Part shown: positions 40,710 through 52,387 of the stretch, one piece after another | How positions within the stretch are numbered: the first letter of the stretch is position 1 | How the letters are laid out: every line of letters begins with the position of its first letter | Origin: Fidelibacterota bacterium | GTDB taxonomy: Bacteria; Fidelibacterota; Marinisomatia; Marinisomatales; Marinisomataceae | DNA length: 64,000 nt | NCBI GenBank assembly: GCA_045560295.1 | Contig: JBJKZL010000004.1 | Span: 68,566 to 132,565, forward strand | Direction: 5' to 3' | Program-made: the position numbers and the translations under genes | The notes under the pieces: model-generated | The model's database searches: none | What the model was told of the DNA's origin: nothing | Seen by the model: the letters and a program-made list of their open reading frames with translations, nothing else

Positions 40710-42163
40710 TACCTTTTAGAACTATCTACCCTACTGTTTTCAAGGTCTGCTAGAAAACTTTTCGTTACATTTCCTGTACAATATTTTCCCGTGAACACAG
40801 AGTCCTCAAAGCGCGTAATTTTTCTATTACCTATATGCGCGGAGAGCTTCAGATCTTCAAGGTTTTGATATATTAGTGTGTCAGCACCTATAAAGTTTTC
40901 TACCTGCTTTACTGTTCTGTTGTGAGCTACGAGCTCTTTTGTTGCGGGCATATCAATACCATAAACATTCTGGTATCTAATTGGAGGGGCAGCAGAGGCA
41001 AAAAATACCTTTTTAGCCCCGTTATTTCTAACCATTTCAATAATTTTTTTCGACGTATTACCCCTCACAATGGAGTCGTCAACGAGCAAAACGTTTTTGT
41101 TTTTAAATTCTATTTCAATAGGGCTTAATTTATGAGCAACAGACCTTTTTCTAATGCTTTGACCGGGCATAATAAAGGTTCTGCCTATATACCTGTTTTT
41201 AATAAAACCTTCACGATATTTTATATCTAACTTGTGTGCCACTTGCATTGCAGATGTTCTGCTCGTGTCTGGAACCGGAATAACAACATCTATATCAAGA
41301 TGGCCGTACTCCTTTAATATTTTTTCCCCCAAATAATCACCCATTCTTAAACGAGACTTGTGTACTGAAATAGAATCTATGGTTGAGTCGGGTCTAGAAA
41401 AATAAACAAACTCAAAAAGGCAGGGAGTATGATCAGATTTTTTATAACACTGTTTTTTCAACAGTTCACCAGTTTCCGAAATAATAATAGCTTCACCCGG
41501 CTTTACATCTCTTTCAAACGAATAACCAAGGGCGCTTAGTGCAGCACTCTCAGATGCAACCATATAAGATTCACCACTTTTACCAATAACTAAGGGACGA
41601 ATACCGTTTGGATCTCTGAATGCCACGATTCCAACTCCGGCAACGAGCATTGCAACCGCATACCCACCCTCACACTGTTTATATACATTCTTTAATGCTG
41701 AAAAAATGTGGGAATGTTTTAATGTTCTAAAGTTTGTTTTATATAGCTCATATGAAAAGAGGTTTAATAAAACCTCAGAGTCTGATTGGGTATTAAACTG
41801 ACAAAAATGCGTTTTTAGAAGAGCATCCTTAATTTTATCGCTATTAGTAAGCGTTCCGTTGTGAGCAAGAGATATATTAACGGGATTAGCAGAATAAAAA
41901 GGTTGCGCTTCGCTTGCATCTGAACAACCGGCGGTGGGGTAGCGCACATGGCCGACACCTACATTACCCTCTAGGCTCAAAGATTCATTTGTTTTAAAAA
42001 CTTCCGTAACAACACCCAAGTCTTTGTGCAAGGACATTTTAGTACCATCCCAAGTGGAGATGCCAGCTGCATCCTGGCCACGGTGTTGAACCTGTATCAG
42101 AGCATCATATATGTCCCCAGCAACATCGTTGTCTTTATGATATATTCCAACAATTCCACACAT
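40709..42163 (-). CDS. purF: amidophosphoribosyltransferase
   Basis: ORF 484 aa. MCGIVGI N-terminal nucleophile Cys; PRTase motif VLLVDDSIVRGNTS. Confidence 0.95.
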   Translation of the reverse strand: MCGIVGIYHKDNDVAGDIYDALIQVQHRGQDAAGISTWDGTKMSLHKDLGVVTEVFKTNESLSLEGNVGVGHVRYPTAGCSDASEAQPFYSANPVNISLAHNGTLTNSDKIKDALLKTHFCQFNTQSDSEVLLNLFSYELYKTNFRTLKHSHIFSALKNVYKQCEGGYAVAMLVAGVGIVAFRDPNGIRPLVIGKSGESYMVASESAALSALGYSFERDVKPGEAIIISETGELLKKQCYKKSDHTPCLFEFVYFSRPDSTIDSISVHKSRLRMGDYLGEKILKEYGHLDIDVVIPVPDTSRTSAMQVAHKLDIKYREGFIKNRYIGRTFIMPGQSIRKRSVAHKLSPIEIEFKNKNVLLVDDSIVRGNTSKKIIEMVRNNGAKKVFFASAAPPIRYQNVYGIDMPATKELVAHNRTVKQVENFIGADTLIYQNLEDLKLSAHIGNRKITRFEDSVFTGKYCTGNVTKSFLADLENSRVDSSKR

Positions 42164-42165
42164 AA

Positions 42166-43515
42166 TTAATACTTCTTTAAAATCTTTTTAATTTCACCAA
42201 CATAGGTTGATGGGGTTAAATTTAATAGAGATTTTTTGTCTTTATCTGCAACGTCTAACGATTCTACTAACGCTAAATATGACTCTTGGTTTAACGCAAC
42301 CCCCCGAGTCAACTTTTTTATTTTATTATAAGCACCCTTATCACCAGATTTTCTTAAAACAGTTTGAATTGCTTCTGCTAATATACTCCACTGACCATCA
42401 AGCTCAGAAGAAAGCTGGTCTTCATTTGGTTGGATTCTATTCAGACCGGTAATAATATTTTTGTAAGCCAACAATGAGTGGCCAAAAGCAACACCAATAT
42501 TTCTAAAAAGCGTACTCCCACTCAAATCTCTTTGAAGCCTAGACCTTGAAATCCTGGAAGCCAAAAAAACAAAACTAGCATTGGAAAGCTCAAGGTTCCC
42601 CTCCGCATTTTCAAAAGAGATCGGATTAATTTTATGTGGCATGGTGCTTGAACCAACTTCACCCGCCTTGTTGGTTTGAGTAAAAATATTTCTACTTATG
42701 TATAGCCAAATATCAACACACATATCAGTCAAAATATTGTTAATACGTACAAAAGCATGCAAAAGCTCAGCAATGGAATCATTAGGTTCAATTTGGGTAG
42801 TAATGGGATTATTTTTCAAACCCATTTCTCTAATAAACTTATCTGAAAACCCAGTCCAAGACTCTTTGGGAAAAGCTATTTTATGTGCCGCAAAAGTTCC
42901 CGTTGCTCCAGAAAATTTTGCAAGCAAAGTATGTTTTTTTATGTATGTAATTTGTCTTTCAAGTCTATTATGAAATACGGCTATTTCTTTTCCAAGGGTG
43001 GTTGTTGTAGCAGGCTGTCCATGCGTCAATGACAACATAGGCATGTCTTTTGTTTTGCGTACCAACAACACTAAAAGAGAGGATAGTTGGTTTAGGCTTT
43101 CCAACAAAGGCCCATCAATGCCTCGTTTAAACATCAAAGAATAAGAGGTGTTATTAACATCTTCTGATGTTAGCCCAAAGTGAATAAAAGGCACCAGGTT
43201 TGAATAACCATTTTTTTCTAATTTTTGTGATAAATAACCCACAACGGCGTTAACGTCGTGTTTGGTTTTTGCCTCAATTCTTTTAACCGCGTTGTATTCT
43301 TTCTGATCAAAGTTTTCATAAAAAGAACAAAGAATTTTTTGATCCTTTTTCTTTAAGGATAAATCCTTTTTAAGCGCGCGGTGAGCAGACAGTGCAATTA
43401 GATATCTAATCTCGACCTCAAGACGAAACTTCATTAGAGCCTGCTCTGAAAAAAAACTATTTAATTCAGAAACATTTTTTTTATATCTACCGTCCAGGGG
43501 AGATATTGCGCTCAT
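42166..43515 (-). CDS. purB: adenylosuccinate lyase
   Basis: ORF 449 aa. Fumarate-lyase signature GSSTMPHKINP. Confidence 0.95.
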   Translation of the reverse strand: MSAISPLDGRYKKNVSELNSFFSEQALMKFRLEVEIRYLIALSAHRALKKDLSLKKKDQKILCSFYENFDQKEYNAVKRIEAKTKHDVNAVVGYLSQKLEKNGYSNLVPFIHFGLTSEDVNNTSYSLMFKRGIDGPLLESLNQLSSLLVLLVRKTKDMPMLSLTHGQPATTTTLGKEIAVFHNRLERQITYIKKHTLLAKFSGATGTFAAHKIAFPKESWTGFSDKFIREMGLKNNPITTQIEPNDSIAELLHAFVRINNILTDMCVDIWLYISRNIFTQTNKAGEVGSSTMPHKINPISFENAEGNLELSNASFVFLASRISRSRLQRDLSGSTLFRNIGVAFGHSLLAYKNIITGLNRIQPNEDQLSSELDGQWSILAEAIQTVLRKSGDKGAYNKIKKLTRGVALNQESYLALVESLDVADKDKKSLLNLTPSTYVGEIKKILKKY

Positions 43516-43907
43516 ACTTTTCCTAGACTCAATATTCTATGTACAGCTAAGGCACAATTCCCTGGATCAAGAACCGTAAGTACGGGGGTCATGCTTGGCA
43601 TTTGAAGAGTAGAGTGAATATTAATGCTCATATCAACCTTATCGGAGAAAGGCGGACAGCCAATTGTTGGCTTGCTTGTGTTTGCTGCTACAAAACCGGA
43701 TAGGGCATTAGATCTACCCGCAATTGTTACAAAAACAACAGCTTCTTCAGGGCCATAAGATCTTATAATCTCTAAAACCTTTTCTGGATTTTTATGTGCA
43801 GAAGCTGCATGAGTTTCGTGCCCCACCTCCAAAGTGTCTAGTGTAGATGTAATTTTGTCTGCATGGTGTTGATCGGATGTTGATCCCATGATAAGTACTG
43901 CTTTCAT
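43512..43907 (-). CDS. purE: AIR carboxylase, class II PurE-like (short, 131 aa)
   Basis: AASAHKNPEKV and TIAGRSNALSGFVAANTSKPTIGCPP resemble the class II / animal PAICS AIRc motif (AGRSNGLGPV...ISCPP) rather than class I AGGAAHLPG. No purK in the array. Confidence 0.8.
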   Translation of the reverse strand: MKAVLIMGSTSDQHHADKITSTLDTLEVGHETHAASAHKNPEKVLEIIRSYGPEEAVVFVTIAGRSNALSGFVAANTSKPTIGCPPFSDKVDMSINIHSTLQMPSMTPVLTVLDPGNCALAVHRILSLGKV

Positions 43908-44878
43908 ATTAACTCCTTAACATTGTTTTTAATTCTTTGGTCTATACTTGTTAGATCAGGAAATTCAAATTTTTCACCCGTAATAAGCTCATATAGTAAA
44001 ATATAGCGAGCAGAGAGCTCAACAATTAGTTCGTCTGGAGCTTCAGGTAAAATAGTATCATTATAGGGGTCGCAGTGTTTTGCAAACCAAAGCCTTAGAA
44101 ACTCTTTATCAATATTTTGTGGCTCTTCGTTGTTGTTAAAGCGCGACGCATATGTTTTTTCTATCCAATATCTACTAGAGTCGGGGGTGTGTATTTCATC
44201 AACAAACTTAATATTGCCAGAAGAGTCTTTACCAAGCTCATATTTTGTGTCGACCAATATTAATCCATTTTTTGCAGCTACCTTTTGGCCGTAGCTAAAT
44301 AAATCTAAACTCATCTGTGCCGCCCTATCATAGTCTTGTTCTGTCATTAAGCCCAGCTCAAGAATTTCACTTTTTGAAACAGGCCTGTCGTGAATTTTAT
44401 CTTTTGTAGTTGGTGTTAGCATTGGTTGGGTAAGCTTTTGATTTTTTTTCAAACCTGAAGGAATTTTATTTCCACAATATTCTTTAGCACCATTCTTATA
44501 TACGGTCCAAAGAGACGTCTCTGTAGACCCCGTAATATACCCCCTTACAACAAACTCCACCTGGAATACTTTACACTTCTCAACAAGGGAAATATTAGGA
44601 TCGGGAGTTCCAATGAGGTGGTTTGGAAACATATTTTTTGTTTTGTTGAACCACCAGGCGCTTACCAAATTTAAAACTACACCCTTATAAGGTATTCGAG
44701 CAAGAACCCTATCAAAGGCACTTTGTCGATCAGTAGAAACCATTAGAACTTTGTCCTCTAGAAAATAGGCATCACGCACCTTGCCCACTTGTTTATTTTT
44801 TACGTTAATGTTGGTATCCTGAATTGTGTTATTCAGGTTCTCGCTAATTACCTGATAATATTTTTTGTCAATATTCAT
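43904..44878 (-). CDS. purC: SAICAR synthetase, long form (324 aa)
   Basis: ORF 324 aa. LILVDTKYELG and DEIHTPDSSRYW motifs. The length resembles the fungal/long bacterial type. Confidence 0.9.
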   Translation of the reverse strand: MNIDKKYYQVISENLNNTIQDTNINVKNKQVGKVRDAYFLEDKVLMVSTDRQSAFDRVLARIPYKGVVLNLVSAWWFNKTKNMFPNHLIGTPDPNISLVEKCKVFQVEFVVRGYITGSTETSLWTVYKNGAKEYCGNKIPSGLKKNQKLTQPMLTPTTKDKIHDRPVSKSEILELGLMTEQDYDRAAQMSLDLFSYGQKVAAKNGLILVDTKYELGKDSSGNIKFVDEIHTPDSSRYWIEKTYASRFNNNEEPQNIDKEFLRLWFAKHCDPYNDTILPEAPDELIVELSARYILLYELITGEKFEFPDLTSIDQRIKNNVKELI

Positions 44879-46121
44879 GACATTCTTGCGAAATTGGATT
44901 ACACAAAATATGACTATTTAAGATTAAATCAATGTCTTTTTTTATTTGTTTTTCTTTAGAGTTAATTTCCCAAACAGTTCCTTTTAAAATATTTGTTATA
45001 CCACTAAAACCAAATCGCTTTTGCAGGGTCTCTTTCATTTTTCTGCCACCAATGTTTTCTTTTTCTCTAACTAAAAAACGAGAACCAGAATTTCTCTTTA
45101 CATTAGTGACTATAAACTCTTTGCTCGGGTTAAATAAAACATCTGTTTCGTAAACGCTCTCCATATTGAGCGGACCCTCATGTTCTATTTCAAGGTGTAA
45201 ATATTTTTTAATAGGAACGCTAGTTTTGCCAAGCCTTTCTATACACTTTTGTACAGAAATCGCTTCATTGTCTGCAATAATCATTGATATTAAAAGCTCA
45301 GTAGTTTCTTTTGATTTTTTAAAAGGAGCGACCTTGATTTTTTTACAATCATAACTTAAAGCCTTATAACTAAAAACCTCATCTGTGCTTAAAAAATTAT
45401 TTAATGCTCGAAAAATAGAATCACCCCCATGTGTACGTTCGGGGTGTGGCATTATTGCCATAACGTTCCCAGCAACGTTACCAAGAGCAGCAATATTATC
45501 AATGGATCCATTTGGGTTAATTGGAAAATCATTGATAATGCTTCCACCTTTATCGCAATAGCGGTATACAGCTAAATTGGATTTTTCTACAGCTTGATGT
45601 AGCTTACTGTCCATCATAAAGCGCCCCTCTGCATGCGCTATGGGTATGTGCAAAAGACCCATATCAGACCTATCAATAAAAGCAGAAACACTTTTTTCAT
45701 TGCTCTTTAAATAACACCAGGTATTATAGTACCCCGTACCCACAACCTGTCCGCCTTTAACGCGCTTGTTTTCAGTCAAACTAACCATGGTGTCAAAATT
45801 GCCATTTCCTGGGACCATTCCAGACTCTACCAAAATTTGTGCGCCATTACATATACCCAAGACCGGCTTACCTTTCAGAGCTTGTTTTTTTAATGTGTTC
45901 ATTATGGGGTCTAGAGATGCAATAATTCCAGACCTTGAACGATCTTCATAAGAAAAACCTCCAACAAGAATAAACCCACTATATTGTTCAAGGTTAGATG
46001 AGGGCTCATTCCAAAGGTGAGATATTGGAGTCATGCCGTTGCGTTCGATTGCGGCAATAGTTTCAAGCTCAGTGTTAGAGCCGGGAAACTGAATAATAGC
46101 TATTTTAGATTTATCTATCAT
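44868..46121 (-). CDS. purQ: FGAM synthase glutaminase PurQ fused to two C-terminal PurS-like modules
   Basis: ORF 417 aa. Residues ~1-235 are PurQ (IAIIQFPGSN, nucleophile GICNGAQIL, MPHPER). Residues ~270-340 and ~345-417 each show the PurS pattern; the second ends ILCNPISQECHEY, compared with the B. subtilis PurS LLANTVIEDYRYE. Confidence 0.8.
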   Translation of the reverse strand: MIDKSKIAIIQFPGSNTELETIAAIERNGMTPISHLWNEPSSNLEQYSGFILVGGFSYEDRSRSGIIASLDPIMNTLKKQALKGKPVLGICNGAQILVESGMVPGNGNFDTMVSLTENKRVKGGQVVGTGYYNTWCYLKSNEKSVSAFIDRSDMGLLHIPIAHAEGRFMMDSKLHQAVEKSNLAVYRYCDKGGSIINDFPINPNGSIDNIAALGNVAGNVMAIMPHPERTHGGDSIFRALNNFLSTDEVFSYKALSYDCKKIKVAPFKKSKETTELLISMIIADNEAISVQKCIERLGKTSVPIKKYLHLEIEHEGPLNMESVYETDVLFNPSKEFIVTNVKRNSGSRFLVREKENIGGRKMKETLQKRFGFSGITNILKGTVWEINSKEKQIKKDIDLILNSHILCNPISQECHEY

Positions 46122-47153
46122 TTAAATAAACTTGTTTAGATGGGCTTGCAACCATAACACCTATCTCATAACAATTACCCTTGCCAAGCATTTTTAGAAG
46201 GTAATTTTTTTGAGAAGGACTTACTATAATGGTAAGACCAATACCCATGTTAAAGGTACGATACAGCTCACCTATCTCCAGCTCAAGATTGTCTATTAAA
46301 AATTGAAAAATAGGAATCTTAGGCCAAGAGTTTATATTAATTTGAGCAGCAAGACCATCAGGGAAAACCCTGGGCACATTATCAACTAAGCCTCCCCCAG
46401 TTATATGAGCTAAACTCTTAAGCTGAAACCCCTTTTCAATAAGAATATTAATCATTTGACTGTAGTTTTTGTGTGGTGCAAGAAGTGCGCTACCAACAGT
46501 TGTTTTTTTATCAGAAAGGACATCACCAACCCCCAAATTTAATACATCAAATATGAGCTTTCTTGCTAAAGAATAACCATTTGTGTGTAGTCCGTTTGAA
46601 GGTATTCCCATAATCAAATCACCCTCTTTAACAGAAGACCCATCCACAATATTTTTTCTTTCTATAATTCCCGTTGCAATCCCAACCAAGTCATATTCAT
46701 TTGGGTGATAGGTGCCGGGCATTTCAGCTGTTTCACCACCAACCAAAGAAACGCCCAAGTTTTTACACTCAACAGCAACACTTTTAATAATTTCTGAAAC
46801 TATCATAGGCTCAAGAGAACTGCTGGCAATATAGTCAAGAAAAGTTAGTGGTTTTGCCCCAGTTGCAGCTACATCATTGCAACAAGCGTTAACCAAATCA
46901 TAACCAATAAAATCAAAGTTACTACATTTTTGCGCAACAGCCATTTTTGTGCCAACACCGTCAATACTTTGAACCAGAACAGGATCATCGTACTGATTCA
47001 CAATGTCTTTAATGCTATACATTGCACCAAAACCACCAATCGAAGAGAGTACGTTTTTATTAAAGGTAGACTGGATGACGTCTTTTGACGACGCTATGGC
47101 GTGATCTGCTTTTTCAATATCTACGCCAGCGTCTTTATATGAAATCTTCTTTT

Positions 47154-47157
<4 letters not shown>
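46111..47157 (-). CDS. purM: phosphoribosylformylglycinamidine cyclo-ligase (AIR synthetase)
   Basis: ORF 46111..47190. SIDGVGTK and GGETAEMPG motifs. Start trimmed to MKKKISYKDAGVDI (ATG 47157), giving an ATGA overlap with the purL stop. Confidence 0.93.
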
Positions 47158-50803
<3,646 letters not shown>

Positions 50804-50810
50804 TTATGTC

Positions 50811-52055
50811 GTGGATTCTAGATACCAAAATAATACTTTTAAAAGCCTTATTTTTTTAGGGGTTTTACTTCTCAATGGCTGTGCCACTATTGGCCAGTTA
50901 GCTGTTCCACTGGAGTCAATTGATAAGCCAAAGGGGCCCTATGGCATTGGCACCCAAGTCTTTTTTTGGACAGATGAAAAAAGGAGCGAACAATATACAA
51001 CAGACCCAACGGACCTTAGAAAGCTACAGGTACAAATTTGGTATCCCGCACAAATGAAGGAAGGCTATCAAAAAACAACTCATATGGTGTTTCCTGAGAA
51101 AACTTTAGATGCTATGGCGAGCACCCTCAATGTACCAGCGAACTTTATAGCACATGGTACACGATTAATGTCAAATGCAGTGCAGGGAGCACCTCCAGTT
51201 AAAGGAGAAAAATTTCCATTGATATTATTTTCACATGGCGATGGAGGCGTAGCAACTCAAAACCTATCACAGGTTGAGGCGTTAGTAAGTAATGGGTATA
51301 TTGTGATTGCCCCCAACCACACCTATAATGCTTCTATTACTTTTGATGAAGAGGGTACCCCAGCTATATATCAGTCCAATATCACCTGGAGCGAACAAAC
51401 AATTTATAGCAAGAAGTACTATGCAAATCAACTGATAAGATATCGATATTCAGATATTGCGTTTTTATTAGACGAGATATCAAAAAGTACTCTACCAGGA
51501 TCTATGTCAAATCCCTACTACGACATGATTGATTTTGAGCGCGTGGGAATGATGGGACACTCCATGGGAGCAGGAACAAGTTATCACGGGTTAATTAATG
51601 ACAAGCGCATTAAATCAGCAGTAGGATTAGATGGATGGTTTTTCCCCCTAGACAAAAAAACCTTTTCCACCAAAACCAATAAACCATTTCTTCACTTAGG
51701 ACAAGAGGAGTATTTGAGCTTGGACATAGATGGTGATATTAATAACTCTGAGTCAGGAAAGATTAATTTTGACATTCATAACGCCATTTTAGAAAACAAT
51801 ACCAGTTCTTTTGTTGTTTATATTGAAAAAAGCCTTCACGTTGACTTTACAGATTATAAACAGACATATATTGTAGGAAGACCATTTACAATTCCGATAT
51901 CTGAATTCGGAGACATCTCAAAAAATAAAATTAAAAATATTATGAACAGATCAATTTTAGAGTTTTTTAATTATACATTTAAAGGCGAAGAGTTTGATCC
52001 AACAGTTCTTGATCAATACAAAAATAGTATAAAAGTGAGCTATGACGTCCAGTAG
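50811..52055 (+). CDS. alpha/beta hydrolase lipoprotein, PAF-acetylhydrolase/lipase-like
   Basis: ORF 414 aa. Signal peptide with Cys (LLLNGC), FPLILFSHGDGG, and nucleophile elbow GHSMGAG. GTG start. The PAF-AH-like family assignment is by pattern only. Confidence 0.6.
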   Translation: MDSRYQNNTFKSLIFLGVLLLNGCATIGQLAVPLESIDKPKGPYGIGTQVFFWTDEKRSEQYTTDPTDLRKLQVQIWYPAQMKEGYQKTTHMVFPEKTLDAMASTLNVPANFIAHGTRLMSNAVQGAPPVKGEKFPLILFSHGDGGVATQNLSQVEALVSNGYIVIAPNHTYNASITFDEEGTPAIYQSNITWSEQTIYSKKYYANQLIRYRYSDIAFLLDEISKSTLPGSMSNPYYDMIDFERVGMMGHSMGAGTSYHGLINDKRIKSAVGLDGWFFPLDKKTFSTKTNKPFLHLGQEEYLSLDIDGDINNSESGKINFDIHNAILENNTSSFVVYIEKSLHVDFTDYKQTYIVGRPFTIPISEFGDISKNKIKNIMNRSILEFFNYTFKGEEFDPTVLDQYKNSIKVSYDVQ

Positions 52056-52166
52056 TTTTATAAAAAAGTTGGGAACATTTAACAAAAAACAGCGCGGAAA
52101 TTCACAATATTTAAGCTTAAAAAAAGAAAGATTTAACTTTTCTAACCCAATTTGTCGCTCGTGAAA

Positions 52167-52189
52167 GTCAATACTAAAAAAGTATTGAC
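52167..52189. promoter_or_regulatory. perfect inverted repeat GTCAATACT-N5-AGTATTGAC in the leader of the TBDT cassette
   Basis: 9-bp arms with an AAAAA spacer. No following T-run, so it is a poor terminator. The right arm contains TTGACA. Confidence 0.4.
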
Positions 52190-52233
52190 ATCAACTAAAA
52201 CAATCCTCAATTTAAATGGATTTCACATTTGAA

Positions 52234-52247
52234 GGGATACGTATCCC
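52234..52247. promoter_or_regulatory. 14-bp perfect palindrome GGGATACGTATCCC, operator-like
   Basis: The GC-containing palindrome stands out in an AT-rich leader. It ends 7 nt upstream of an extended -10-like TGgTATATAT/TATACT stretch (52255-52269), ~140 nt upstream of the TBDT ATG. Confidence 0.4.
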
Positions 52248-52387
52248 CCAAACGTGGTATATATATACTGTGAAAAGTATGAATGAAATTAAAGATTATA
52301 TATACATTAATATATATATAGGGTAAATGAATGAAACAAAATAACAAATTAAAATTTGTATATAAAAACTCATTTGGAGGTAGAATA

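Noticed and set aside
52185-52213. A sigma70-type promoter formed by TTGACA (52185-52190) plus a -10 element 17 nt downstream.
   Set aside because: The hexamer at the correct spacing is CAATTT, a poor -10. The TTGACA is part of the right arm of the inverted repeat, so it was not called as a promoter.
52255-52320. (AT)n tracts (tatatatat at ~52258-52266 and ~52311-52320; also ~26484-26492) as tandem repeats, or any CRISPR-like spacing.
   Set aside because: They are short low-complexity runs typical of AT-rich intergenic DNA, with no repeat-spacer periodicity. I found no CRISPR array, tRNA, rRNA or mobile-element signature anywhere in the window by eye.
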